Positions 33,538-43,949 of a stretch of 64,000 nucleotides of DNA are shown here, piece by piece; the first letter of the stretch is position 1, and every line of letters starts with the position of its first letter. The notes beneath the pieces are model-generated. The model worked only from the letters and a program-made list of their open reading frames with translations. It made no database searches and had not been told where the DNA came from. The position numbers were made by a program, and so were the translations under genes. The DNA comes from Escherichia coli (GTDB taxonomy: Bacteria; Pseudomonadota; Gammaproteobacteria; Enterobacterales; Enterobacteriaceae), in NCBI RefSeq assembly GCF_003790525.1, contig NZ_CP033635.1; one strand, 5' to 3'.

Positions 33538-34512
33538 TTAGTCCGCGACGTGCGGATTCACACAGTTCTTCTCAACCTTTCCTTGTAACGCATCAATCAA
33601 ATTATCCACGGCACAGGCGGCCATGCCATAACGCGTCTCATGGGTGGCAGATCCAATATGCGGTACTGCGACGACGTTGGCCATTGAGAGCAACGGCGAA
33701 TCTACAGACAGTGGCTCTTGTTCGAAGACATCCAGCCCGGCGGCGTGAATTTCCCCTTTCTGCAATGCAGCAATCAGTGCATTTTCATCAACCACCGGGC
33801 CACGTCCGGCATTAATGAAAATAGCGGAGGATTTCATTTTGGCGAATTGTTCTGCGCCAAACAGATGATGCGTTTCATCAGTTAACGGCAGGATCAGGCA
33901 AACGAAATCTGACTCTTGTAACAGTGTATCCAAATCGCAGTAGCGGGCGTTGAAGCGTTCTTCTGCTTCTTTATGGTGGCGACGTGCGTTATAGAGGATG
34001 GGCATGTTGAAGCCAAATTGCGCACGTTGTGCCAGCGCCATGCCGATCCGTCCCATCCCGACAATGCCCAGTGTTTTATGGTGAACGTCAGTGCCGTACC
34101 AGTCCGGGCCTATGCTCGCGGTCCATTCGCCTGCTTTTACCCGTTCTGCTACCTCCACAACCCGACGAGCGGTAGACAACACCAGCGCCATCAGCGTATC
34201 GGCGACGGTTTCTGTTAATACGGTTGGTGTGTGCATCAGCAGAATTTTTCGGGCGGTAAGCGCATCGACATCAAAATTGTCATAGCCGACGGAGATCGTT
34301 GATGTGGCACGCAGTTTCGGCATTTTTTCCAGCAATGCGGCATCAACATTCTCATTTGAACCCAGCAAGCCTTCAGCTTCGGCAAAAATTGCTGCATTTT
34401 GTTCGACGGTTTGTGGGCTGAGGTTTGCCACCTGGTGAACGGTGAAATGTTCTTGCAGGCGTTGCAGTAAATCATCAGGTAAGGCTTTGTAGAGGATAAC
34501 GGACGGCTTCAT
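33538..34512 (-). CDS. ghrB: glyoxylate/hydroxypyruvate reductase B (2-ketogluconate reductase)
   Basis: start at 34512 gives 324 aa beginning [12 protein letters not shown]; D-2-hydroxyacid dehydrogenase family. Confidence 0.9.
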   Translation of the reverse strand: MKPSVILYKALPDDLLQRLQEHFTVHQVANLSPQTVEQNAAIFAEAEGLLGSNENVDAALLEKMPKLRATSTISVGYDNFDVDALTARKILLMHTPTVLTETVADTLMALVLSTARRVVEVAERVKAGEWTASIGPDWYGTDVHHKTLGIVGMGRIGMALAQRAQFGFNMPILYNARRHHKEAEERFNARYCDLDTLLQESDFVCLILPLTDETHHLFGAEQFAKMKSSAIFINAGRGPVVDENALIAALQKGEIHAAGLDVFEQEPLSVDSPLLSMANVVAVPHIGSATHETRYGMAACAVDNLIDALQGKVEKNCVNPHVAD

Positions 34513-34615
34513 GCTTCTCTCCATTCACTGATAAGGCGATCACCTTAGCCTGAAATATGATGAAGGAAAACTGAAGAATGCCAGGTGATTTCTGTATCAC
34601 CTGACATGAAAGGGA

Positions 34616-35275
34616 TTACAGTGGGCTTAAGGTAATTTCTACACGGCGGTTTTGCGCCTTACCTTCTGCGGTGCTGTTGCTGGCGATTGGGTTAGCCGGG
34701 CCAAGGCCTTGAGTACGGATGCGGCTGGCGTCCACGCCCTGGGTGATCAACGCGCTGGCAACGGAATCCGCACGCTGCTGGGAGAGACGCATGTTCAGGT
34801 CGTGCCCCCCCGTGCTGTCGGTATAACCAATCACGTTAACCGCCGTTTTCGGATACTCTTTCAGTACCATTGCCACGCCGGTCAGGGTGTTAGCGCCCGC
34901 CGGTTTCAGGGTTGCGCTGCTGCTGTCGAAGGTCACATTGTTCGGCATATTGAGGATAATGTTATCCCCGCTGCGGGTTACGCTAACACCAGTGCCGCGC
35001 ATTTTGTCACGCAGCTTCGCTTCCTGCACATCCATGTAATAACCAACGCCGCCGCCCAGAGCTGCGCCTGCTGCTGCGCCAATGAGCGCGCCTTTACCGC
35101 GATCTTTCTTCGAAGAAGAGAGCGCACCAATACCCGCGCCAACGAGAGAGCCCAGACCTGCGCCGATAGCAGATTTACCTGCTTCGCGTTCGCCGGTGTA
35201 AGGGTTAGTTGTACAGCCAGATACCGCCAGAGCGCCACTCACTACGGCGGCAATAAGATAAACACGTTTCTTCAT
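34616..35275 (-). CDS. yiaD: OmpA-domain outer-membrane lipoprotein
   Basis: 219 aa; lipobox VSGC; glycine-rich linker; C-terminal OmpA-like domain. Confidence 0.88.
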   Translation of the reverse strand: MKKRVYLIAAVVSGALAVSGCTTNPYTGEREAGKSAIGAGLGSLVGAGIGALSSSKKDRGKGALIGAAAGAALGGGVGYYMDVQEAKLRDKMRGTGVSVTRSGDNIILNMPNNVTFDSSSATLKPAGANTLTGVAMVLKEYPKTAVNVIGYTDSTGGHDLNMRLSQQRADSVASALITQGVDASRIRTQGLGPANPIASNSTAEGKAQNRRVEITLSPL

Positions 35276-35427
35276 TGTTAATCCTTAATAACCTTTTTAT
35301 TCTTTGCCACGGGTTCCGTGGCGGGAGATTATGCCGCGTGAACATGAAGATTATTCCTGGGAATACTCGGAAATTTGTAAGTAATATTTAACTGCTCAAT
35401 ACATCTAACCTTTCAGGAGTCTTCGGT

Positions 35428-37761
35428 TTGGCCAACTCATCCTCACGATATTCCGTTCTGACTGCCGCCCACTGGGGGCCTATGCTGGTTGAAACCGACG
35501 GCGAAACCGTGTTTAGCTCGCGTGGCGCGTTAGCCACAGGAATGGAAAACTCCTTGCAGAGCGCGGTTCGCGACCAGGTTCACAGCAATACGCGGGTGCG
35601 ATTTCCAATGGTGCGCAAAGGCTTTCTTGCGTCACCGGAAAATCCGCAAGGCATTCGTGGGCAGGATGAATTTGTTCGCGTGAGTTGGGATGAGGCGCTG
35701 GAGCTTATTCACCATCAACATAAACGCATTCGTGAGGCTTATGGTCCGGCATCGATTTTTGCGGGTTCCTACGGCTGGCGTTCAAACGGCGTGCTGCATA
35801 AGGCCTCGACATTATTACAACGCTATATGGCGCTGGCAGGCGGTTATACTGGGCATCTGGGGGATTATTCGACCGGCGCGGCACAGGCGATCATGCCGTA
35901 TGTCGTGGGGGGCAGCGAAGTTTATCAACAGCAAACCAGTTGGCCGCTGGTGCTGGAACATAGCGATGTCGTGGTGCTGTGGAGTGCTAACCCACTCAAT
36001 ACGCTGAAAATTGCGTGGAATGCATCCGATGAGCAGGGGCTTTCTTACTTTTCCGCACTGCGTGACAGCGGGAAAAAGCTGATCTGCATTGATCCAATGC
36101 GATCGGAAACCGTCGATTTCTTTGGCGATAAAATGGAATGGGTGGCACCGCACATGGGCACCGATGTTGCGCTGATGCTGGGGATCGCCTATACGCTGGT
36201 GGAAAATGGTTGGCACGACGAAGCGTTTCTGGCGCGTTGCACCACAGGTTATGCCGTCTTCGCCTCTTATTTGCTGGGCGAGAGTGACGGAATAGCGAAA
36301 AACGCCGAATGGGCGGCAGAGATTTGTGGTGTTGGCGCAGCGAAAATCCGCGAGCTGGCGGCTCTTTTCCACCAAAATACCACCATGCTGATGGCTGGCT
36401 GGGGAATGCAACGTCAACAGTTTGGCGAGCAAAAGCACTGGATGATCGTCACGCTGGCGGCAATGTTGGGGCAAATCGGCACACCCGGCGGCGGTTTTGG
36501 TCTTTCTTACCATTTTGCCAATGGTGGTAACCCCACGCGCCGCGCTGCGGTGCTCTCTTCCATGCAGGGTAGCTTGCCTGGCGGCACCGATGCGGTGGAT
36601 AAAATCCCTGTTGCCCGCATTGTTGAAGCACTGGAAAACCCCGGTGGCGCATATCAACATAACGGTATGGACCGACATTTCCCGGATATTCGTTTTATCT
36701 GGTGGGCGGGCGGTGCCAACTTTACTCATCATCAGGATACCAATCGCCTGATCCGTGCCTGGCAAAAACCGGAGCTGGTGGTGATCTCTGAATGCTTCTG
36801 GACGGCTGCGGCGAAACACGCGGATATCGTTCTGCCTGCGACCACTTCGTTTGAGCGTAATGATCTCACCATGACCGGCGATTACAGTAATCAGCATCTG
36901 GTGCCGATGAAGCAAGTGGTGCCTCCACGTTATGAAGCGCGTAATGATTTTGATGTCTTTGCCGAGTTGAGTGAACGTTGGGAGAAGGGCGGCTATGCGC
37001 GGTTTACGGAAGGAAAAAGTGAGCTGCAATGGCTGGAAACGTTTTATAACGTTGCCCGGCAGCGCGGGGCAAGCCAGCAGGTTGAATTGCCGCCATTTGC
37101 TGAGTTCTGGGAAGCCAACCAGTTAATTGAGATGCCGGAAAACCCGGACAGCGAGCGGTTTATTCGCTTCGCCGATTTTCGCCGCGATCCGCAGGCGCAT
37201 CCATTAAAAACCGCCAGCGGTAAGATTGAAATCTTCTCGCAGCGTATTGCCGATTACGCTTATCCGGATTGCCCTGGGCATCCAATGTGGCTGGAGCCGG
37301 ACGAATGGCAGGGCAATGCCGAACCGGAACAGTTGCAGGTACTTTCTGCTCATCCGGCACATCGTCTGCACAGCCAGCTGAATTACAGTTCTCTGCGCGA
37401 ATTGTACGCGGTGGCAAATCGTGAGCCTGTCACCATTCATCCTGACGATGCCCAGGCGCGCGGCATACAAGATGGCGATATTGTTCGGTTGTGGAACGCA
37501 CGCGGGCAAATTCTTGCCGGAGCGGTCATTAGCGAGGGAATTAAACCTGGCGTGATTTGCATTCATGAAGGGGCATGGCCGGATCTGGATTTAACCGCTG
37601 ACGGTATTTGTAAAAACGGCGCGGTGAACGTTCTGACCAAAGATCTCCGCAGCTCGCGGCTGGGGAATGGCTGTGCGGGTAATACGGCGCTGGCATGGCT
37701 GGAAAAATACAACGGTCCGGAACTGACACTTACAGCGTTTGAACCACCGGCCAGCTCATAA
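35428..37761 (+). CDS. bisC: biotin sulfoxide reductase (molybdopterin oxidoreductase)
   Basis: 777 aa. Confidence 0.93.
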   Translation: MANSSSRYSVLTAAHWGPMLVETDGETVFSSRGALATGMENSLQSAVRDQVHSNTRVRFPMVRKGFLASPENPQGIRGQDEFVRVSWDEALELIHHQHKRIREAYGPASIFAGSYGWRSNGVLHKASTLLQRYMALAGGYTGHLGDYSTGAAQAIMPYVVGGSEVYQQQTSWPLVLEHSDVVVLWSANPLNTLKIAWNASDEQGLSYFSALRDSGKKLICIDPMRSETVDFFGDKMEWVAPHMGTDVALMLGIAYTLVENGWHDEAFLARCTTGYAVFASYLLGESDGIAKNAEWAAEICGVGAAKIRELAALFHQNTTMLMAGWGMQRQQFGEQKHWMIVTLAAMLGQIGTPGGGFGLSYHFANGGNPTRRAAVLSSMQGSLPGGTDAVDKIPVARIVEALENPGGAYQHNGMDRHFPDIRFIWWAGGANFTHHQDTNRLIRAWQKPELVVISECFWTAAAKHADIVLPATTSFERNDLTMTGDYSNQHLVPMKQVVPPRYEARNDFDVFAELSERWEKGGYARFTEGKSELQWLETFYNVARQRGASQQVELPPFAEFWEANQLIEMPENPDSERFIRFADFRRDPQAHPLKTASGKIEIFSQRIADYAYPDCPGHPMWLEPDEWQGNAEPEQLQVLSAHPAHRLHSQLNYSSLRELYAVANREPVTIHPDDAQARGIQDGDIVRLWNARGQILAGAVISEGIKPGVICIHEGAWPDLDLTADGICKNGAVNVLTKDLRSSRLGNGCAGNTALAWLEKYNGPELTLTAFEPPASS

Positions 37762-38170
37762 TCCAGGTGGGTAGTTGGGTTTCATCTTGCCATGCGCAGT
37801 CGACAATGTGAAAACCCTGCGCATGGTAAAAATCTATCGCCGGTTGATTTTTTTGATAAACCTCCAGCATCAGATGGGGATGGCGCTGCTGCACATACTG
37901 CATTAGCGCCTTACCAATACCGCGTCTGACGGCCTTCGGTGCGACAAACATTGCAGCCAGAAACCGGCCTTCCATAATGCTGACAAAACCGAGAAGCTTA
38001 CCGTCTTCTTCCCAGACCCAGTTTTGCGCGTTGGCAAGATAGGCATCCCGCACCAGCGGAATGCAATCACGCCAGTAATTCGCTTTTATAAAGGGATGCC
38101 CCCAGGTTGTACTTTCCAGCCACAGTTCGAGGATCGCGGGGAGTTCTGAACGTTGCGCTTCCCGAATCAT
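37730..38170 (-). CDS. yiaC: GNAT-family N-acetyltransferase
   Basis: 146 aa; 3' end overlaps the bisC 3' end by 32 bp. Confidence 0.88.
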   Translation of the reverse strand: MIREAQRSELPAILELWLESTTWGHPFIKANYWRDCIPLVRDAYLANAQNWVWEEDGKLLGFVSIMEGRFLAAMFVAPKAVRRGIGKALMQYVQQRHPHLMLEVYQKNQPAIDFYHAQGFHIVDCAWQDETQLPTWIMSWPVVQTL

Positions 38171-38730
38171 GGTTTATTTCCCGGATAGCAACAGCAGCCA
38201 ACCACATGATCATTCACCAGCCCACATGCCTGCATAAAGGAGTAACAGATTGTGGTACCAACAAACTTAAAACCACGCTTTTTCAGGGCTTTAGATAGAG
38301 CGTCGGAGGCGGGCGTAGATGTAGGGATTTCGCTCAACGTTGTGGCTTGTGTCACCTGTGGTTGATGATTGACAAACGACCAGACAAAGTCGGCAAACGG
38401 TTCGCCGTTCTGTTCCATTTGCAGGTACGCCCGCGCATTACCAATAATTGCCTGAATTTTCCCGCGATGGCGGATAATCCCGGCGTCCTGTACCAGTCTT
38501 TCGACATCCTCTTCCTGCATTGCTGCCACCTTCACCGGATCGAACTGATGAAAGCTGGCGCGATAGTTTTCGCGTTTTTTGAGGACGGTGATCCACGATA
38601 ATCCAGCCTGCTGCCCTTCCAGGCAGATCATTTCGAACAGTTTTTTACTGTCAGTTTCAGGCACGCCCCATTCATTATCATGGTAGGCAATATAAAGCGG
38701 ATCCTGACTCACCCAGCCGCAACGTTCCAT
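38167..38730 (-). CDS. tag: DNA-3-methyladenine glycosylase I
   Basis: ATG (complement) at 38728..38730 gives 187 aa starting MERCGWVSQDPLYIAYHDNEWGVP; ORF track over-extends the N-terminus. Confidence 0.93.
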   Translation of the reverse strand: MERCGWVSQDPLYIAYHDNEWGVPETDSKKLFEMICLEGQQAGLSWITVLKKRENYRASFHQFDPVKVAAMQEEDVERLVQDAGIIRHRGKIQAIIGNARAYLQMEQNGEPFADFVWSFVNHQPQVTQATTLSEIPTSTPASDALSKALKKRGFKFVGTTICYSFMQACGLVNDHVVGCCCYPGNKP

Positions 38731-38881
38731 ACTTTCCCTCGCTATGTACCCGATCGTAAAAATTTCAGCCGCTTTTCTTGACGCATCGGTGAAAAAGTCA
38801 ATATTTAATACAGGGCTACTATGCCCGATATCCTTCATACAATGACAATAATATTGCCGAATTCGGCTCTTCCCTGGAGTC

Positions 38882-39586
38882 GTGTTAATGATCATAAAAA
38901 AAAGCGGTGGTCGCTGGCAGCTAAGCCTGCTGGTGAGCGTGGTAATCAGTGCCTTTTTTCTCAACACAGCTTACGCCTGGCAACAAGAATATATCGTTGA
39001 TACGCAACCCGGACATTCCACAGAGCGTTACACCTGGGATAGCGATCATCAACCTGATTACAACGATATTTTGTCGCAACGTATTCAAAGTAGCCAAAGG
39101 GCGCTGGGACTGGAAGTCAATCTGGCGGAAGAAACCCCTGTGGATGTCACCAGTAGTATGAGTATGGGGTGGAATTTTCCTTTATATCAACAGGTTACAA
39201 CCGGTCCGGTCGCGGCATTACATTACGATGGCACAACCACCTCGATGTATAACGAGTTTGGCGACAGTACTACCACGCTGACCGATCCGTTATGGCATGC
39301 CAGCGTGAGTACTTTAGGCTGGCGTGTTGACTCCCGGCTTGGCGATCTCCGACCCTGGGCGCAAATCAGCTATAACCAGCAATTTGGCGAGAATATCTGG
39401 AAGGCGCAATCAGGCCTGAGCCGGATGACGGCGACAAACCAGAACGGCAACTGGCTGGATGTCACCGTAGGCGCTGATATGTTGCTCAATCAAAATATTG
39501 CTGCCTATGCGGCGCTATCTCAGGCAGAAAATACCACTAACAATAGCGACTATCTGTATACGATGGGGGTTAGTGCCAGATTTTAA
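38882..39586 (+). CDS. yhjY: outer-membrane autotransporter beta-domain-like protein
   Basis: 234 aa with signal peptide and C-terminal aromatic residue (…GVSARF). Confidence 0.75.
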   Translation: MLMIIKKSGGRWQLSLLVSVVISAFFLNTAYAWQQEYIVDTQPGHSTERYTWDSDHQPDYNDILSQRIQSSQRALGLEVNLAEETPVDVTSSMSMGWNFPLYQQVTTGPVAALHYDGTTTSMYNEFGDSTTTLTDPLWHASVSTLGWRVDSRLGDLRPWAQISYNQQFGENIWKAQSGLSRMTATNQNGNWLDVTVGADMLLNQNIAAYAALSQAENTTNNSDYLYTMGVSARF

Positions 39587-39680
39587 CGTTATAGATACAA
39601 TTGAAACCCATAAATAACAACTAATGTGGCGATAGTGGGGACTAACTTACTAAATAATAAATTTGGCGAATAATTGTCGA

Positions 39681-39731
39681 GTCATTCATTCCTGAACTAA
39701 TGCATTTCATTCCGTTCTGATGGCATTTCAT
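39681..39731 (+). promoter_or_regulatory. yhjX promoter direct repeats (YpdB-type response-regulator binding site)
   Basis: TGCATTTCAT (39701..39710), 11 bp spacer, GGCATTTCAT (39722..39731), plus a degenerate third copy GTCATTCATT at 39681; about 85 bp upstream of the yhjX ATG. Confidence 0.7.
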
Positions 39732-39814
39732 GCCGTTTTTCCCCAGGCATAAAGCGCACTTCGTTATGGTTGTCAGCAGAGATTTTTCCTTTTTATTACT
39801 GCAGGAATACTGCC

Positions 39815-41023
39815 ATGACACCTTCAAATTATCAGCGTACTCGCTGGCTGACACTCATCGGTACTATCATTACCCAGTTTGCTCTGGGGTCGGTTTATAC
39901 CTGGAGTCTGTTTAACGGTGCGCTTTCTGCCAAGCTGGGGGCTCCTGTAAGCCAGGTTGCTTTCTCTTTCGGCTTGTTAAGTCTGGGGCTGGCAATTTCA
40001 TCTTCTGTTGCGGGCAAATTGCAGGAACGTTTTGGTGTTAAACGCGTCACTATGGCTTCCGGCATTTTGCTGGGATTAGGTTTCTTCCTGACAGCACATT
40101 CCAACAACCTGATGATGCTGTGGTTAAGCGCCGGTGTGTTGGTTGGTCTGGCGGATGGTGCGGGTTACCTGTTGACGCTCTCTAACTGCGTGAAGTGGTT
40201 TCCGGAGCGTAAGGGACTTATCTCTGCTTTTGCTATCGGTTCTTATGGTCTGGGCAGCCTGGGTTTTAAATTTATCGACACGCACCTGCTCGAAACGGTG
40301 GGTCTGGAAAAAACCTTTGTTATTTGGGGCGCGATTGTACTGGTGATGATTGTCTTTGGCGCAACGTTAATGAAAGATGCGCCGAAGCAGGAAGTGAAAA
40401 CCAGCAATGGTGTGGTGGAGAAGGACTACACCCTGGCAGAGTCGATGCGTAAACCGCAGTACTGGATGTTAGCGGTTATGTTCCTGACTGCGTGCATGAG
40501 TGGTCTGTATGTGATTGGTGTAGCGAAAGATATCGCTCAAAGTCTGGCGCATCTTGATGCAATTTCCGCAGCCAATGCTGTGACGGTTATTTCCATCGCC
40601 AACCTTTCTGGTCGTCTGGTGCTGGGCATTCTGTCTGACAAAATCGCCCGTATCCGTGTTATCACCATTGGTCAGGTGATATCGCTGGTGGGTATGGCGG
40701 CCCTGCTGTTTGCACCATTGAATGCAGTGACGTTCTTTGCAGCGATTGCCTGCGTGGCGTTTAACTTTGGCGGCACTATCACGGTGTTCCCGTCACTGGT
40801 CAGTGAGTTCTTCGGCCTCAATAACCTGGCGAAAAACTACGGTGTGATTTATCTCGGTTTCGGTATCGGCAGCATTTGTGGGTCGATTATCGCCTCACTG
40901 TTTGGCGGCTTCTATGTGACTTTCTACGTCATTTTTGCCCTGCTGATTCTGTCTCTGGCGCTTTCAACGACCATTCGCCAGCCAGAGCAGAAAGTATTGC
41001 GTGAAGCGCATGGCTCCCTTTAA
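39815..41023 (+). CDS. yhjX: MFS transporter (oxalate/formate antiporter family), pyruvate-inducible
   Basis: ATG at 39815 gives 402 aa starting MTPSNYQRTRWLTLIGT. Confidence 0.9.
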   Translation: MTPSNYQRTRWLTLIGTIITQFALGSVYTWSLFNGALSAKLGAPVSQVAFSFGLLSLGLAISSSVAGKLQERFGVKRVTMASGILLGLGFFLTAHSNNLMMLWLSAGVLVGLADGAGYLLTLSNCVKWFPERKGLISAFAIGSYGLGSLGFKFIDTHLLETVGLEKTFVIWGAIVLVMIVFGATLMKDAPKQEVKTSNGVVEKDYTLAESMRKPQYWMLAVMFLTACMSGLYVIGVAKDIAQSLAHLDAISAANAVTVISIANLSGRLVLGILSDKIARIRVITIGQVISLVGMAALLFAPLNAVTFFAAIACVAFNFGGTITVFPSLVSEFFGLNNLAKNYGVIYLGFGIGSICGSIIASLFGGFYVTFYVIFALLILSLALSTTIRQPEQKVLREAHGSL

Positions 41024-41105
41024 TCATCTGCCGCGAGCTACTGGGCTTTAACCTTAGTGTGAATCAAACGCATCAACGCAATGTATAAACAATGACGCGT
41101 AAAAT

Positions 41106-41131
41106 TTGGGCCAGTTAACTGGCCCTTTTTA
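41106..41131 (+). terminator. rho-independent terminator of yhjX
   Basis: gggccag-ttaa-ctggccc followed by tttttac. Confidence 0.75.
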
Positions 41132-41346
41132 CTGCTTTTTGTAACGCTAAAGTCTCTTTTCAAACTTGCATTTTTGTAAATTTGTGCTTCATGCACACTC
41201 TTTCCCCACACTTTTTCCCTTTGCTGTGGTCTACTTATTCGCGCGTGTAGATTTTACTTATCTGACTACCTCCGCACTTTTCCCCTGCCGGGCCTGAAAA
41301 GCCGCTAAGCAGGGTGTTATCACCTGTTTGTCCAGGGTTTGTTTGC

Positions 41347-43038
41347 ATGAGATACATCAAATCGATTACACAGCAGAAGCTGAGCTTTTTGCTTGCAATC
41401 TATATTGGCCTTTTTATGAATGGCGCGGTTTTTTACCGCCGCTTCGGCAGCTATGCGCACGATTTTACCGTCTGGAAAGGTATTTCTGCTGTTGTTGAAC
41501 TGGCCGCCACCGTACTGGTGACCTTCTTTTTACTGCGTCTTCTTTCGCTGTTTGGCCGCCGCAGCTGGCGTATTCTGGCATCGCTGGTGGTGCTCTTTTC
41601 CGCAGGTGCCAGCTATTACATGACCTTCCTTAATGTAGTCATTGGTTATGGCATCATCGCATCCGTCATGACCACCGATATCGACCTGTCAAAAGAAGTT
41701 GTTGGTCTGAACTTTATTCTCTGGTTAATCGCCGTAAGCGCGTTGCCTCTTATCCTTATCTGGAATAACCGCTGTCGTTACACCTTGCTCCGACAACTGC
41801 GAACCCCAGGGCAGCGTATTCGCAGCCTGGCGGTCGTCGTACTGGCAGGTATTATGGTTTGGGCACCGATTCGTTTGCTGGATATCCAGCAGAAGAAAGT
41901 GGAGAGGGCGACAGGTGTTGATTTGCCGAGTTATGGCGGCGTCGTCGCGAACTCTTATCTGCCATCAAACTGGCTTTCGGCATTAGGTCTTTATGCCTGG
42001 GCGCGGGTCGATGAATCTTCCGATAACAATTCTCTCCTTAACCCTGCGAAGAAGTTTACGTACCAGGCTCCACAAAACGTTGATGATACATATGTCGTTT
42101 TCATTATTGGTGAAACCACGCGCTGGGATCATATGGGCATTTTCGGCTATGAACGCAATACCACACCGAAACTGGCTCAGGAGAAAAATCTGGCGGCGTT
42201 CCGTGGTTACTCCTGTGATACTGCAACCAAACTCTCACTGCGTTGCATGTTTGTACGTCAGGGTGGAGCAGAAGATAATCCGCAGCGCACATTAAAAGAA
42301 CAGAATATTTTCGCGGTGCTGAAGCAGTTAGGATTCACTTCTGATCTCTACGCTATGCAAAGCGAAATGTGGTTCTACAGCAATACGATGGCGGACAACA
42401 TTGCTTATCGTGAGCAGATTGGTGCGGAGCCACGTAACCGTGGCAAACCGGTAGATGATATGTTGCTGGTAGACGAAATGCAGCAGTCGCTGGGGCGCAA
42501 CCCGGATGGTAAGCATCTGATCATTCTGCATACCAAAGGCTCACACTTTAACTACACCCAGCGTTACCCGCGCAGCTTTGCGCAGTGGAAGCCGGAATGT
42601 ATTGGTGTTGATAGCGGCTGTACCAAAGCGCAGATGATCAACTCATACGACAACTCGGTGACCTATGTGGATCACTTTATTTCCAGCGTGATTGATCAGG
42701 TTCGCGATAAGAAAGCGATTGTGTTCTATGCAGCTGACCACGGTGAGTCAATTAATGAACGCGAGCACCTGCACGGCACGCCGCGTGAACTGGCACCGCC
42801 GGAACAGTTCCGTGTGCCGATGATGGTCTGGATGTCGGATAAATATCTGGAAAATCCGGTCAATGCGCAGGCATTTGCGCAGCTGAAAAAAGAAGCCGAC
42901 ATGAAAGTGCCACGCCGTCATGTAGAGCTGTACGACACCATCATGGGGTGTCTTGGCTATACTTCACCGGATGGTGGAATTAACGAAAACAACAACTGGT
43001 GCCACATCCCGCAGGCAAAAGAGGCAGCGGCTAACTAA
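41347..43038 (+). CDS. eptB: Kdo2-lipid A phosphoethanolamine transferase
   Basis: ATG at 41347 gives 563 aa starting [19 protein letters not shown]; membrane domain plus sulfatase-like domain. Confidence 0.92.
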   Translation: MRYIKSITQQKLSFLLAIYIGLFMNGAVFYRRFGSYAHDFTVWKGISAVVELAATVLVTFFLLRLLSLFGRRSWRILASLVVLFSAGASYYMTFLNVVIGYGIIASVMTTDIDLSKEVVGLNFILWLIAVSALPLILIWNNRCRYTLLRQLRTPGQRIRSLAVVVLAGIMVWAPIRLLDIQQKKVERATGVDLPSYGGVVANSYLPSNWLSALGLYAWARVDESSDNNSLLNPAKKFTYQAPQNVDDTYVVFIIGETTRWDHMGIFGYERNTTPKLAQEKNLAAFRGYSCDTATKLSLRCMFVRQGGAEDNPQRTLKEQNIFAVLKQLGFTSDLYAMQSEMWFYSNTMADNIAYREQIGAEPRNRGKPVDDMLLVDEMQQSLGRNPDGKHLIILHTKGSHFNYTQRYPRSFAQWKPECIGVDSGCTKAQMINSYDNSVTYVDHFISSVIDQVRDKKAIVFYAADHGESINEREHLHGTPRELAPPEQFRVPMMVWMSDKYLENPVNAQAFAQLKKEADMKVPRRHVELYDTIMGCLGYTSPDGGINENNNWCHIPQAKEAAAN

Positions 43039-43088
43039 GAAGCCTGCTGACTTTCTCGCCGATCAAAAGGCATTTTGCTATTAAGGGA

Positions 43089-43117
43089 TTGACGAGGGCG
43101 TATCTGCGCAGTAAGAT
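43089..43117 (+). promoter_or_regulatory. proK promoter (sigma70 -35 TTGACG, 17 bp spacer, -10 TAAGAT, GC-rich discriminator)
   Basis: ttgacg at 43089..43094 and taagat at 43112..43117, followed by gcgccccgc before the tRNA 5' end. Confidence 0.7.
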
Positions 43118-43129
43118 GCGCCCCGCATT

Positions 43130-43206
<77 letters not shown>

Positions 43207-43214
43207 AATTCGAA

Positions 43215-43241
43215 AAGCCTGCTCAACGAGCAGGCTTTTTT
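43215..43241 (+). terminator. rho-independent terminator of proK
   Basis: aagcctgct-caacg-agcaggctt followed by ttttttg. Confidence 0.85.
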
Positions 43242-43296
43242 GCATCTGTAGCTCATGAGGAAGAGAACCCCCGGGGGCGGGGAGGTTCGATTCGAC

Positions 43297-43385
43297 GTAG
43301 GCCTGATAAGACGCGCCAGCGTCGCATCAGGCAAATGTACCGGCCCATTGTCGGATGCGGCGCGACCGCCTTATCCGATCTACAC
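43297..43385. repeat. REP/BIME palindromic element pair
   Basis: gtaggcctgataagacgcg…gcatcaggca and …tcggatgcggcgcgaccgccttatccgatctaca. Confidence 0.7.
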
Positions 43386-43899
43386 ACCACACATTTCCCT
43401 GCCAAATTTGCGCCCCATATCTCACTATCCATTAACGGATTTGTGACAGAAACCATTGTCTTTTTTTATATTTGCTTAAATCTTTTTTTGCGTTACTTAT
43501 GGCTGGCGCTGGCATTTTCCGCTGTGCGTTTTAGCGTTCATGGTATTAATCGCTCAGATATCCACCTTTACCTCAGATTTTTTTCATTAAATGCATAAAA
43601 CTTAATCACCAAATGTTGCTAAATATTAAGCTGATTGTTCTGGTTGTGTTGGCGTAGCACAAATTTCTCTGCTGCAAATAGCTGTTTGAAGTTTTTTTAA
43701 TCTTTGTTTGTGGATTCTCACCGTTGGTGTAAATCCCGGTTGGCTGTATTGACGTTTTCACATTCTGTTGACAGATTGTAGGTCACGAGGGGCATTTTAT
43801 GGAGGATCCGCACTGTTACACTGATGTTAATTAGTACGGCATCCCCACCTCATAACGTTGACCCGACCGGGCAAAAAACAAAAAAGGTCAGGCAGCGAC

Positions 43900-43940
43900 A
43901 ACCCACTGCAAAGGGTTAAAACAACAAACATCACAATTGG
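43900..43940 (+). promoter_or_regulatory. C/A-rich segment of the dppA 5' leader (GcvB sRNA target-type sequence)
   Basis: aaaacaacaaacatcacaatt immediately upstream of the dppA RBS. Confidence 0.55.
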
Positions 43941-43949
43941 AGCAGAATA

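Noticed and set aside
35815-37029. 404-aa minus-strand ORF antisense to bisC
   Set aside because: Same reasoning: it is embedded in bisC, has no recognisable domain, and is a frame artefact.
38167-38967. Long N-terminal extensions in the ORF track for tag (266 aa), and similarly for bcsA, bcsB, avtA, xylG, xylF, eptB and yhjV
   Set aside because: Internal ATG codons with good spacing give proteins of the expected lengths and N-termini; the extensions are in-frame upstream sequence without stops.
39642-39854. 70-aa minus-strand ORF in the yhjY/yhjX intergenic region
   Set aside because: It is generated by the promoter direct repeats (repeated GMKC motifs) and overlaps the yhjX start; better explained as a regulatory site.
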